A stretch of 55,062 bases of DNA from Betaproteobacteria bacterium (GCA_031393885.1 JANMWG010000132.1:1-55062); one strand, 5' to 3'; positions 17,245 through 25,789 are shown, counted from the stretch's first letter. Numbers and translations are program-made. Notes: generated by a model from the letters alone, not told the origin.

Positions 17245-18807
17245 TCACTCGGTGAGGCGAAAGGTGATCGGTACCGTGACAGTAAGCTCTTGACCACGCA
17301 GTTCTTCGGGGAGCGGAGGCAACTGGCGAGCCCTCTTCACCATGGCCATTGCCTCTTGGTCGAGGATGTCGTGCCCGCTCGATTTCGCCACCGACACTTG
17401 CTTGACTTTCGCATCAGCGGTCATCAGAACCAGAACCTCGGTGGTACCGGTCCATCCAAGCGTGAGCGCCCGTTTCGGATAGTGCTGGTCCTTGCCGACC
17501 TCACGTGAAAATCTCAGTCCGTAACGCTCCAGCACCGCGTGATCGATCGTGGTCGGCTGAGGTGGACTCTGGATCGTGGGCTTGCCGGTTTGCGGGCGCA
17601 AGGCCGTTGGCGCGGCGGTCAGGGGAACCACCGCCGGTGCGGCCAGAGACGGCGCAACAACCGACGGCGGAGCGGCGACCGTGGCAGCGGAAGCAACTGG
17701 CGCCGACGGCACCAATGGCGCAACTACCGGCCTGGATGCAATCGGCCTCGGCGCCGCCGTCGTTGCCGAAACCACCGGTTGGGTCACGACCTGTGGCACG
17801 ACGGTCGGCGGCGCGACAGCCACCTGGGCGGCCGACGCCGTGGGCGCCGCCTCGACCAGGGGGGCCGGCCGGACAGCCTTCAGGTCGGGGCGCTGATCCG
17901 GGCGGACAGGTGCCGGCACGGCATCGGGATGCGCGGAAGGCGCCACCGGGATGACCGGGTCCAGCCGCGCTTCCACCTTGGCGCTCAGGGTGGGCACGGC
18001 CTTAAGCTGCGGTCGCGTGTCGGGGCGCAGGTCAGGCCTGACTTCGGGACGCGCTTCGACTCGCGGTTCAGGCCGGACCTGCGGCCTCAGGTCCGGCGCT
18101 GGCGCCGATGGTGCCGCGATCGGCGCTGGCGCTGCCACCCGTGGCGTGGGCAGCAACTGCGGTCGTGCCTCGGCCCGCAAGTCGGGCCTGATCTCGGGGC
18201 GAGCTTCGACCCGCGGTTCAGGCCTGATCTGTGGCCTCACGTCCTGTGGCGACGATGGCGCAACGATCGGCGCCGGCGCCGCCACCCGCGGTTCGGGCCG
18301 CAGTTCCGGGCGCAGGTCGGGCCGAAGCTGCGGCCTCACGTCGACCCGCGGCTCGGGCCGTACTTCGACCCGCGTTTCCGGCATCGGCACCGGCTTCGGT
18401 TCCGGTCGGGCTTGCAGCACGGGCGCCGACCTCGGTGGCGGCACGGGTTGCACGACCAGTGGCGGGGGTGCCGGCACCGGGACCGGTTTCGCAACCGCAT
18501 GCGGCACAACGGGTTTCGCGGGTTGCCGCGGTGCAACCTTGACCGGCGGCTTCACCTTCACCGGCGCCGGACGCCTGGGCGGCGGCTCAGGAATGGGCGG
18601 CGGCTCCCGCTTTGGCGGCGTGATCAGTTCGATCTCGAGCACCTTCGGCTCGGCCGCGGGGATGTGGCGCAGTTCCGGCAGGAACGCGACCACCAGGGCA
18701 TGAGCGACGACGGAGCACACGAGCGCGAACACGAACGAATGCTCGCGATACCAGGTTGCGAACGGACCTGGGGCCGCGGAAACTCGGGACAGGATTGCGG
18801 TCGACAT
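17245..18807 (-). CDS. tonB: TonB-family energy transducer with a greatly expanded Pro-rich repeat spacer
   Basis: N-terminal TM FVFALVCSVVAHALVVAFL. About 350 aa of P/R/E/V repeats follow (RPEPRVEARPE(I/V)RPDLR... recurring). The C-terminal TonB domain is YPKRALTLGWTGTTEVLVLM...VSVAKSSGHDILDQEAMAMVKRA..PLP......VTVPITFRL. Confidence 0.85.
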   Translation of the reverse strand: MSTAILSRVSAAPGPFATWYREHSFVFALVCSVVAHALVVAFLPELRHIPAAEPKVLEIELITPPKREPPPIPEPPPRRPAPVKVKPPVKVAPRQPAKPVVPHAVAKPVPVPAPPPLVVQPVPPPRSAPVLQARPEPKPVPMPETRVEVRPEPRVDVRPQLRPDLRPELRPEPRVAAPAPIVAPSSPQDVRPQIRPEPRVEARPEIRPDLRAEARPQLLPTPRVAAPAPIAAPSAPAPDLRPQVRPEPRVEARPEVRPDLRPDTRPQLKAVPTLSAKVEARLDPVIPVAPSAHPDAVPAPVRPDQRPDLKAVRPAPLVEAAPTASAAQVAVAPPTVVPQVVTQPVVSATTAAPRPIASRPVVAPLVPSAPVASAATVAAPPSVVAPSLAAPAVVPLTAAPTALRPQTGKPTIQSPPQPTTIDHAVLERYGLRFSREVGKDQHYPKRALTLGWTGTTEVLVLMTADAKVKQVSVAKSSGHDILDQEAMAMVKRARQLPPLPEELRGQELTVTVPITFRLTE

Positions 18808-18870
18808 CGAAGAAGCTTAGGAGGGAGCGCGGGGGGAGGCAATGACCGGATCAGGCCACTGCCGGGAATC

Positions 18871-18885
18871 TCATGATATTCATGA
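18871..18885 (+). promoter_or_regulatory. TCATGA-TAT-TCATGA motif upstream of pqqA1
   Basis: tcatgatattcatga holds two copies of the self-complementary hexamer TCATGA. It contains the GATATTCATG 10-mer shared with the orphan pqqA leader. Confidence 0.3.
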
Positions 18886-19066
18886 CATCACGTTGCTGAT
18901 TTTTCTGTGGAATCCACTGACGGCCTGCCAGACACTGGTATCCGAACTCAAAGGTGCAGTGCTTGGCCTGCCAGGAGCACATCGGGCAGAAGAAGCGCAA
19001 CCAGAAGTGTTCATCGGGGCGATGAAGTCATCGCCATCACCAAGACCTTAACATCCGGAGGTTAAT

Positions 19067-19138
19067 ATGTGGACCAAGCCCGCTTACACCGAAATGCGTT
19101 TCGGCTTTGAAGTCACGATGTACATCGCCAACCGCTGA
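19067..19138 (+). CDS. pqqA: PQQ precursor peptide PqqA
   Basis: ATGTGGACCAAGCCCGCTTACACCGAAATGCGTTTCGGCTTTGAAGTCACGATGTACATCGCCAACCGCTGA encodes [23 protein letters not shown], with the conserved E-x3-Y cross-link pair. GGAGG lies upstream. Compare Klebsiella [23 protein letters not shown]. Confidence 0.95.
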   Translation: MWTKPAYTEMRFGFEVTMYIANR

Positions 19139-19153
19139 TCATCGCGGCTGGTA

Positions 19154-19188
19154 ACGAAAGCCCCGACCCGTTCGGGGCTTTCGTTTTT
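19154..19188 (+). terminator. Intrinsic terminator/attenuator hairpin between pqqA and pqqB
   Basis: acgaaagccccga-cccgt-tcggggctttcgt followed by TTTT: a perfect 13-bp stem 16 nt after the pqqA stop. Confidence 0.8.
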
Positions 19189-19259
19189 CCTGGAGCGGTC
19201 TTGCCTGCCGGTCGGTGCGGCGACCGTGCAGTGAATTCGACCGACGAGGAAAAAGCAAC

Positions 19260-20174
19260 ATGCGTATTCGGGTTCTCGGATCGGCGGCGGGCGGCGGATT
19301 TCCCCAGTGGAACTGCAACTGCGCCAACTGCGATGGGGTACGCAAGGGCACCATGCGCACCCGGGCACGTACCCAGTCGTCGATAGCGGTCAGCGGCAAT
19401 GGCATCGACTGGGTGCTGTTCAACGCCTCGCCGGATCTGCTGACCCAGATTCAGGGCTTTCCAGCGCTGCAACCGGGGCGCGGCATCCGCGATACCGGCA
19501 TTCGCGCGGTGGTGCTGATGGACGGGCAGATCGATCACACCACCGGGCTGCTCATGCTGCGCGAAGGCAAGCCGCTCGAGATCTACTGCACCGACATGGT
19601 TCGGGAAGACATGACCACCGGCAACCCGCTGTTCAATATTCTCGGCCACTATTGCGGGGTCATCTGGCATCAGCTGCCGACGGCGCCCGGGTCCGGTTTC
19701 GAGGTGGTCGGCGCCGAACATCTGACATTCACCGCCATCGCGCTCAAGAGCAAGGCGCCGCCCTACTCGCCCCATCGCGACAACCCGCACGAGGGCGACA
19801 ACATCGGCATGCGCGTCACCGACACGCGCACCGGCAAGAGCCTGTTCTACGCGCCCGGTCTGGGCGAGATCGAACCGCACCTCGTGCCGCACCTCGCCGC
19901 TGCCGATGCGATCATGGTCGACGGCACCTTCTGGACCGATGACGAGATGGTGGCGCTCGGCGTCTCGAAAAAACGCGCCCGCGAGATCGGCCACCTGCCC
20001 CAGTCCGGGCCCGGTGGCATGATCGACGTGCTGACGCCGCTGCCGGCTTCACACAAAATCCTGATCCACATCAACAATACCAATCCCATCCTGGATGAAG
20101 ACTCCCCACAGCGTGCCGAGCTTGCAAAGCATGGTATCGAGGTGGCCTTCGACGGGATGGACTTCACGCTCTGA
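19260..20174 (+). CDS. pqqB: PQQ biosynthesis protein PqqB (MBL fold)
   Basis: [28 protein letters not shown]... is the canonical PqqB N-terminus. Operon position is after pqqA. Confidence 0.95.
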   Translation: MRIRVLGSAAGGGFPQWNCNCANCDGVRKGTMRTRARTQSSIAVSGNGIDWVLFNASPDLLTQIQGFPALQPGRGIRDTGIRAVVLMDGQIDHTTGLLMLREGKPLEIYCTDMVREDMTTGNPLFNILGHYCGVIWHQLPTAPGSGFEVVGAEHLTFTAIALKSKAPPYSPHRDNPHEGDNIGMRVTDTRTGKSLFYAPGLGEIEPHLVPHLAAADAIMVDGTFWTDDEMVALGVSKKRAREIGHLPQSGPGGMIDVLTPLPASHKILIHINNTNPILDEDSPQRAELAKHGIEVAFDGMDFTL

Positions 20175-20185
20175 CGGAGACCGCC

Positions 20186-20905
20186 ATGGGTGCCGCCGAA
20201 CATCTGCCGTGGACTCGTGAGGAGTTCGAAGCCCGGATCCGCGCCAAGGGCGACCGCTACCATATTCACCACCCGTATCAGGTGGCGATGAATGCGGGGC
20301 GGCTGACGCGCGCACAGATCCAGGGCTGGGTGTGCAACCGCTTCTACTACCAGACCGCGATTCCGATCAAGGACGCCGCGGTCATGTCGAACATGCCGGA
20401 CCGCGAGCATCGCCGCCTGTGGATCCAGCGCATCCTCGATCATGACGGCACCGCCGGTGACGAAGGCGGAATCGAGGCGTGGCTAACGCTTGCGGATGCA
20501 GTCGGACTCGAGCGCGCGGAGGTCACCTCGTTGCGACACGTCCTGCCCGGCGTGCGCTTTGCAGTCGACGCGTACATCAACTTCGCCCGCACCCGCCCCT
20601 GGCAGGAAGCCGTCTGCTCGTCGCTGACCGAACTGTTCGCCCCCGAGATCCACAAAGAGCGCCTCGCCAACTGGCCGCAGCACTATCCGTGGATCGACAA
20701 GGCGGGCTACACCTACTTCCGCAAACGCCTGTCGGAAGCGCGCCGTGACGTGGACCATGGCTTGCGCGTCACGCTCGAACACTTCCGCAGCCGCGAGCAG
20801 CAGGAACGCGCGTGCGACATCGTCCAGTTCAAGCTCGACGTGCTGTGGACCATGTGCGACGCGATGATGGTCAACTACGGCATCGGCGACACCAGGATCG
20901 GATGA
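20186..20905 (+). CDS. pqqC: Pyrroloquinoline-quinone synthase PqqC
   Basis: [43 protein letters not shown] is the canonical PqqC sequence. Confidence 0.95.
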   Translation: MGAAEHLPWTREEFEARIRAKGDRYHIHHPYQVAMNAGRLTRAQIQGWVCNRFYYQTAIPIKDAAVMSNMPDREHRRLWIQRILDHDGTAGDEGGIEAWLTLADAVGLERAEVTSLRHVLPGVRFAVDAYINFARTRPWQEAVCSSLTELFAPEIHKERLANWPQHYPWIDKAGYTYFRKRLSEARRDVDHGLRVTLEHFRSREQQERACDIVQFKLDVLWTMCDAMMVNYGIGDTRIG

Positions 20906-21207
20906 CGGTCATGGCGACCCCGACCCGTGTGGCCTTCGATCACGACGCACTCATCGAACTCGCCAAGTACTTCCGCTTTCAGTGGGAGCCGGTGCAGGAC
21001 TGCCATGTGCTTCTTTACCCGGAAGGCATGGTGAAGCTGCCGGGCAGCGCCGGCGAGATCATGAAGCGGGTCGACGGCAGTTGCAGCCTGAACGGGCTGG
21101 TCGCAGCACTGGCCACACAATTTCCCGGCGTCGACCTGCGCGCCGACGTGATCGACTTTCTCGAGGTGGCACATGGAAACGGCTGGATCCGCGAAACAAC
21201 CCGGTAA
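20902..21207 (+). CDS. pqqD: PQQ biosynthesis peptide chaperone PqqD
   Basis: [36 protein letters not shown] is the PqqD signature. The ATG overlaps the pqqC stop (ATGA). Confidence 0.9.
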   Translation: MTVMATPTRVAFDHDALIELAKYFRFQWEPVQDCHVLLYPEGMVKLPGSAGEIMKRVDGSCSLNGLVAALATQFPGVDLRADVIDFLEVAHGNGWIRETTR

Positions 21208-22336
21208 CCCCCTCTGGCTGCTGGCGGAGATCACGTACAAGTGCCCGTTGCACTGCGTGTTCTGCTACAACCCGATCGATTACACGCAATACGGTCCTGA
21301 GCTGAACACCGACGAATGGCTGAAGGTGCTGCGGGAAGGGCGCGAACTCGGCGCCACCCAGCTCGGCTTCTCGGGTGGTGAGCCCCTGGTTCGCGACGAT
21401 CTCGAGATCCTCATCGCAGAGGCGCGCAATCTCGGCTACTACACCAACCTGATCACCTCGGGCGTCGGTCTCACCGAAAAGCGCATCGCCGCCTTCAAGG
21501 AAGGCGGACTGGACCACATCCAGCTTTCGTTCCAGGACTCGACGCGCGAAATGAACGACTGGCTGTCGAGCACCAAGACTTTCGAATTGAAGAAGCGCAC
21601 GGCCGAGTTGATCCAGAAATACGACTACCCCATGGTGCTCAATGTGGTCCTGCACCGGCACAACATCGACCACACCCAGCAGATCCTCGAACTGGCCGAA
21701 ACCCTGGGGGCTGAGTACGTCGAACTCGCGAACACGCAGTATTACGCCTGGGCCTTCGAGAATCGCGACCAGTTGTTGCCGAGCCGCGACCAGATCCTGC
21801 GCGCCGAAGACGCCACCAACCGGTTTCGCGAGAAGGTCGGCAACGCCATGAAGATCTACTTCGTGGTACCCGACTACCACGCGACCCGTCCAAAGGCCTG
21901 CATGAATGGGTGGGGTTCTCTGTTCGTGACAGTCACCGCCGACGGCATGGTACTGCCGTGTCACGAGGCCCGAATGCTGCCGGGCATCACGTTTCCCAAC
22001 TCGCGCGAGCATGATCTGCGCTGGATCTGGTACGACTCGCCCGCGTTCAACGCCTATCGTGGCGACGGGTGGATGAAAGATCTCTGCCGCACCTGTCCGG
22101 AAAAGGAAAAGGATTTCGGCGGCTGTCGCTGCCAGGCTTTCCTGCTGACCGGCGACGCGACCAATGCGGATCCGGTCTGCGACCTGTCACCGCACCATCA
22201 TCTGGTCGTCGAAGCAGTCGAAAAAGCGGATCGCCCCACGCTGCCCCAGAACGTGAAGCCGATCCTGTTTCGAGACGACCGCACGTCGCGCACCCTCACC
22301 GCCGCCAAGGACAAAACGACTGCACCGGTGAGCTGA
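21173..22336 (+). CDS. pqqE: Radical SAM/SPASM enzyme PqqE
   Basis: PLWLLAEITYKCPLHCVFCYNP contains the CxxxCxxC motif, and the C-terminal Cys-rich SPASM region is CRTCPEKEKDFGGCRCQAF. Overlaps pqqD by 35 nt. Confidence 0.95.
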   Translation: METAGSAKQPGNPLWLLAEITYKCPLHCVFCYNPIDYTQYGPELNTDEWLKVLREGRELGATQLGFSGGEPLVRDDLEILIAEARNLGYYTNLITSGVGLTEKRIAAFKEGGLDHIQLSFQDSTREMNDWLSSTKTFELKKRTAELIQKYDYPMVLNVVLHRHNIDHTQQILELAETLGAEYVELANTQYYAWAFENRDQLLPSRDQILRAEDATNRFREKVGNAMKIYFVVPDYHATRPKACMNGWGSLFVTVTADGMVLPCHEARMLPGITFPNSREHDLRWIWYDSPAFNAYRGDGWMKDLCRTCPEKEKDFGGCRCQAFLLTGDATNADPVCDLSPHHHLVVEAVEKADRPTLPQNVKPILFRDDRTSRTLTAAKDKTTAPVS

Positions 22337-22343
22337 ACCGAGG

Positions 22344-22380
22344 GCGGCGACGGCGGCACACGATCCCGCGCCGTCGCCGC
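22344..22380 (+). terminator. GC hairpin directly after pqqE
   Basis: gcggcgacggcg-N13-cgccgtcgccgc forms a perfect 12-bp stem 8 nt after the stop. No T-tract follows. Confidence 0.45.
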
Positions 22381-22384
22381 AGAT

Positions 22385-22543
22385 TCAGAAGCGAAGGGGC
22401 CCCATCCGCAGGGTGCCAGCGACCGGAGGCCGCTGTCGTTCGGCAGGCGACGGACAGTCCCTGTCCAGCCTCACTCCCGAGGAACGGGGTGCCCCCTGGG
22501 GGAAGGCAGAGAAGGCAGAGCGCAGCGCAGCCTGGGGAGGGCG
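22385..22543. repeat. REP-like repeat, degenerate R1/R2 hybrid
   Basis: cagaagcgaagggg...cggcaggcgacggacagtccctgtccagcctcac...gccccctgggggaagg...gcgcagcgcagcctgggg lies between the convergent pqqE and slyD. Confidence 0.75.
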
Positions 22544-22549
22544 TCTCCT

Positions 22550-23035
22550 TTAGTGATGATGGCCGCCCTCGCCGTGCACGTGGCCGTGACGCAACTCCTC
22601 GGCCGTCGCGACCCGTACGCCGGTAATGGTGCAGACAAAGCGCACCGATTTTCCTGCCTGGGGGTGGTTGCCGTCGACCACGATGGTTTCATCCGAGATA
22701 TCGGTCACGGCATAGACGATGGCGTGGTCGGTGCCTTCGGCGGCGCCCTCGAACTGCATACCGACGGTGACATTCTTGGGAAACAGGTTACGCGGCTCGA
22801 CCCGGACGAGCTCCTCGTCATATTCGCCGAACGCGTCATCGGCCGACAGTTCGACGATCAGCTTGTCGCCCATGGCCCTGCCCTGCAAAGCCTCTTCGAC
22901 GCGCGGAAAAATGCCGTCGTAGCCACCATGCAGATAGCTGATCGACTGGTCGGTCTTTTCGATCAGGCCACCATCGGCGTCGAGCATTTCGTAGTCGATC
23001 GATACGATCGTGTTCTTGAGCACCTGCTGGGTCAC
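22550..23035 (-). CDS. slyD: FKBP-type peptidyl-prolyl isomerase SlyD with short His-rich tail
   Basis: VTQQVLKNTIVSIDYEMLDADGGLIEKTDQSISYLHGGYDGIFPRVEEAL...NHPQAGKSVRFVCTITGVRVATAEELRHGHVHGEGGHHH. The GTG start at 23035 overlaps the bcp stop (GTGA). The 342-aa track ORF is an upstream read-through artefact. Confidence 0.88.
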   Translation of the reverse strand: MTQQVLKNTIVSIDYEMLDADGGLIEKTDQSISYLHGGYDGIFPRVEEALQGRAMGDKLIVELSADDAFGEYDEELVRVEPRNLFPKNVTVGMQFEGAAEGTDHAIVYAVTDISDETIVVDGNHPQAGKSVRFVCTITGVRVATAEELRHGHVHGEGGHHH

Positions 23036-23499
23036 GCGAGTTCCTTGAGGTAGGTGAGAATTTCCGCGGCATGGCCACGCGCGTTGACGCCGTACAGCAC
23101 GCGCACTAGCTTTCCGTCGCGGTCGATGACAAAGGTGGAACGCTGGATGCAGCGCCGCGTCCTGCCTTCGAATTCCTGGTCGCGGAGCACGCCGTACAGA
23201 GCGCAGACCTCGCCCTCGGTGTCGGAGAGAAGCTGGATGCTCAGGCCGTGCTTGTCGCGAAACGCGCCATGCGCCAGGCAATCGTCCATGCTCACCCCGA
23301 TCACGACCGCGCCGAGTTCGAGGAAGCGGTCTTCGAGCTCGCTGAAGTCGATGGCCTCGATGGTGCAACTCGGAGTGTCGTCGCGCGGATAGAAATAGAG
23401 CACCACGATATGCCGCCCCCGGAACGACGCGAGACTGACCATCTCCATCTCGGCGTCCGGCAGACTGAATTCGGGCGCGGGGTCTCCGACGTTCAGCAT
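23032..23499 (-). CDS. bcp: Thioredoxin-dependent peroxiredoxin Bcp
   Basis: MLNVGDPAPEFSLPD...HIVVLYFYPRDDTPSCTIEAIDFS carries the PxxxTxxC peroxidatic Cys motif. The internal ATG at 23499 is chosen. Confidence 0.9.
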   Translation of the reverse strand: MLNVGDPAPEFSLPDAEMEMVSLASFRGRHIVVLYFYPRDDTPSCTIEAIDFSELEDRFLELGAVVIGVSMDDCLAHGAFRDKHGLSIQLLSDTEGEVCALYGVLRDQEFEGRTRRCIQRSTFVIDRDGKLVRVLYGVNARGHAAEILTYLKELA

Positions 23500-23605
23500 C
23501 CAACTCTCCGCAGCGCATTCTCGTTTCGAGTGTAACCGAATTCTCCTGCCGCAAATCCATCGGCGTCCGCTGCCCCACGACGGGTCACAGCAATATAATC
23601 CGACC

Positions 23606-24727
23606 ATGCGCAACCCCCTGCTCGGCGGACTCGCGACCCGCACATTCCTGTCGCGCCATTGGCAGAAACAGGCACTGCTGGTGCGACAAGCCATCCCGCA
23701 CTTCGGTGGTGTCCTCGACTTCCGCGAGCTGATGGGTCTCGCCTGCTCCGATACGGTCGAGTCACGCTTGGTGGTTCGCGACGCACGACGCTGGACACTC
23801 AGGCACGGCCCCTTCGACCGCACCGACTTCCGGCGTCTGCCAGCCCGCAACTGGACGCTGCTGGTACAGGGTGTCAATCTGCACGACGACAGGGCGGCCG
23901 CGTTGCTGGCGCGCTTCGCGTTTCTTCCGCATGCCCGGCTCGATGACCTGATGGTGAGCTACGCGGTGCCGGGCGGCGGTGTCGGCCCGCATTTCGACGC
24001 TTACGACGTGTTCCTGCTGCAGGGGGAAGGCAAGCGCCGCTGGCGGATCGGCCGCCAGAACGACCTCGCCCTGGTGCCCGGAGCGCCACTGAAGATCCTG
24101 CGGCGCTTCCAACCCGAAGGCGAAGCGATCCTGCTGGGCGGCGACATGCTGTACCTGCCGCCGAGATTCGCTCATCACGGCGTGGCGGTCACCGAGTGCA
24201 CCACGTGGTCGATCGGCTATCGCGCACCGACCCACCAGGAGTTGGCATCCCGGTTTCTGTCCGATCTCGCCGAGCGGCTGGTGCTCCCGGGCCAGTATGC
24301 AGATCCGGACCTCGCCGCCACCGTTCACCCCGGCCGGATCGGCGGTGCACTGGTCGCCACGACCGAACGGCTGCTGGCGGGCATCCGCTGGCGGCGCCGC
24401 GACGTCACCGACTTTCTCGGACGCCATCTGACGGAACCGAAACCACAGGTCTTTTTCGACCCACCGCGACACGGCTCGACCGGCATCGTCGCCCGCATCC
24501 GCCGACAGGGCGCCAAGCTGGATCGGCGCAGTCTCATGCTCTACGCCGACCATGCCGTCTACCTGAACGGAGAGGAGTACCGTTTTCCGCGCGGCGTGCC
24601 GGCGCCACTGCGCGAACTCGCGGATCGACGCTGCCTTGCGGCCCAGGCCGTGCCTGCACCGATCGCGACGATGCTTTACGATTGGTGGGTGGCCGGGTTC
24701 ATCCGGTTGCCAGCCGCAGGGAGTTGA
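23606..24727 (+). CDS. roxA: JmjC/cupin ribosomal protein L16 arginine hydroxylase (YcfD/RoxA-like)
   Basis: 373 aa. FLSRHWQKQ..., NWTLLVQGVNLH..., DDLMVSYAVPGGGVGPHFDAYDVFLLQGEGKRRWRIG is collinear with E. coli YcfD (DDLMISFSVPGGGVGPHLDQYDVFIIQGTGRRRWRVG). Confidence 0.88.
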   Translation: MRNPLLGGLATRTFLSRHWQKQALLVRQAIPHFGGVLDFRELMGLACSDTVESRLVVRDARRWTLRHGPFDRTDFRRLPARNWTLLVQGVNLHDDRAAALLARFAFLPHARLDDLMVSYAVPGGGVGPHFDAYDVFLLQGEGKRRWRIGRQNDLALVPGAPLKILRRFQPEGEAILLGGDMLYLPPRFAHHGVAVTECTTWSIGYRAPTHQELASRFLSDLAERLVLPGQYADPDLAATVHPGRIGGALVATTERLLAGIRWRRRDVTDFLGRHLTEPKPQVFFDPPRHGSTGIVARIRRQGAKLDRRSLMLYADHAVYLNGEEYRFPRGVPAPLRELADRRCLAAQAVPAPIATMLYDWWVAGFIRLPAAGS

Positions 24728-24730
24728 ACC

Positions 24731-25393
24731 ATGGCCGAAATGAAACGTCCACCCCCAGGCTTCGCCTTCCCCCAGGGGGCCAGTGCCCCTGGCGAGGTGA
24801 GGCCGGACACAGACAGTCCCTGCGGACTGTCTGTGTCTGCCAAACGCCAGCGGACTCTGGCCGCTGGCGGCCCGGCGGGCACTGAGATCGACACCACTCC
24901 GCCTGAACCGGATCCGCAGCCGAACCTGCGACGGCTGGCGTCGCGTACCGAAATCGAACACGCGATCGACGAAGTCCTGTCCCGGGCTCATCGCCGGCTG
25001 GTGGTGTTTTCCAACCAGCTCGGCGCCGAATGGAACCGGGAATCGCGCGTCGATCCGGTGCGCCGGTTCTGTCTCGACAGCCGCCGTAACCAGATGCACA
25101 TCGTGTTGCACGATGCCGGCACCGCCTACCGGTCCTGCCCGCGGCTCCTGTCGCTCCTGCGCCAGTTCAGCCATGTGATCTCGGTCCAGGAAACGCTCCA
25201 TCACGCCAAGAACGTCTACGATCCGTTCGTGCTCGCCGATGATCGCCACTACCTGCACCGCTTTCATCACGATGGTGCAGCCGGATTGCTGGCGCTCGAT
25301 GATCCGGTCGGCGCGACCGTCCTGCGCGACCGCTTCGAGGAGTTGTGGGAGGCATCGGCGCCGGCCATTCCAGCGACCACGATCGGCCTGTAG
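24731..25393 (+). CDS. Hypothetical protein, possibly a degenerate PLD-like fold; true start unresolved (the first ~50 codons are repeat-derived)
   Basis: Downstream of the repeat the translation looks protein-like: TEIEHAIDEVLSRAHRRLVVFSNQL...MHIVLHDAG...LHHAKNVYDPFVLADDRHYLHRF. There is no ATG/GTG/TTG between 24886 and the VVF codons, and the only ATGs lie inside the repeat. Confidence 0.45.
   Translation: MAEMKRPPPGFAFPQGASAPGEVRPDTDSPCGLSVSAKRQRTLAAGGPAGTEIDTTPPEPDPQPNLRRLASRTEIEHAIDEVLSRAHRRLVVFSNQLGAEWNRESRVDPVRRFCLDSRRNQMHIVLHDAGTAYRSCPRLLSLLRQFSHVISVQETLHHAKNVYDPFVLADDRHYLHRFHHDGAAGLLALDDPVGATVLRDRFEELWEASAPAIPATTIGL
24733..24886 (+). repeat. Repeat family R2, left copy (R1-like head plus a structured 104-bp core at 24779-24882)
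   Basis: The core contains the perfect 14-bp hairpin gacacagacagtcc-ctgc-ggactgtctgtgtc. It differs at 3 of 104 positions from the reverse complement of 25823-25926. Confidence 0.9.
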
Positions 25394-25412
25394 ATTTCTC
25401 GATTCCAGAGTA

Positions 25413-25440
25413 GTTACAAATTGTAAATACCGGTTACAAT
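25413..25440 (+). promoter_or_regulatory. Sigma-70-like promoter with the palindrome TTACAAATTGTAA
   Basis: GTTACA, a 16-nt spacer, then TACAAT. AT-rich, about 95 nt upstream of the lipoprotein gene. Confidence 0.5.
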
Positions 25441-25534
25441 GGCAAGGTCGATTGCGGCTGGCTGGGCGTGGAACGCCCTTCAGGACGCAATCGCAGGTCT
25501 CCCCAATCAATCGAACACCCGTCAAGGAACAAAA

Positions 25535-25762
25535 ATGATCCGTTCGCTTCTCGTTGCTGCGCTCGTCGCCCTCGCCCTCGCCGCTTGCGGCAAGAAGGAA
25601 GAACCCGCACCCACCCCGGTGCCCGCGCCCGCTGCAGAAGTCGCCAAGCCGGCCGAAGCCGCGCCTGCTGCCCCGGCTCCTGCCGATGCCGCCAAGCCCG
25701 CTGATGCGGCTGCTCCCGCTGCGCCGGCTGCCGAAGAAAAGAAGCCCGCAGAAAAGAAGTAA
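25535..25762 (+). CDS. Small Ala/Pro-rich lipoprotein
   Basis: MIRSLLVAALVALALAACGKK is a signal peptide plus lipobox, followed by the low-complexity PAPAAEVAKPAEAAPAAPAPADAAKPADAAAPAAPAAEEKKPAEKK. RBS aaggaa upstream. Confidence 0.7.
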   Translation: MIRSLLVAALVALALAACGKKEEPAPTPVPAPAAEVAKPAEAAPAAPAPADAAKPADAAAPAAPAAEEKKPAEKK

Positions 25763-25789
25763 GCCTGTGGCGGCGCACGCCGCCTGGTG

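Noticed and set aside
17539-18876. 445-aa and 250-aa Arg/Gly-rich ORFs on the plus strand
   Set aside because: They are antisense to the Pro-rich tonB spacer (CCN codons read as GGN/NGG on the other strand). This is a low-complexity artefact.
18975-18992. Sigma-54 promoter upstream of pqqA1 (tggcctgccaggagca)
   Set aside because: The GG and GC dinucleotides have the right spacing. The flanking bases match TGGCAC-N5-TTGCA poorly, and no equivalent site exists upstream of the orphan pqqA.
18842-19051. 69-aa ORF in the tonB/pqqA intergenic region
   Set aside because: No RBS, atypical codon usage and no motif. The region is better explained as the pqqA promoter and leader.
22550-23578. 342-aa minus-strand ORF, and the 281-aa ORF at 23032-23877
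   Set aside because: Only their C-terminal parts are real (slyD 22550-23035 and bcp 23032-23499). The N-terminal extensions are Arg-rich read-through into upstream DNA.
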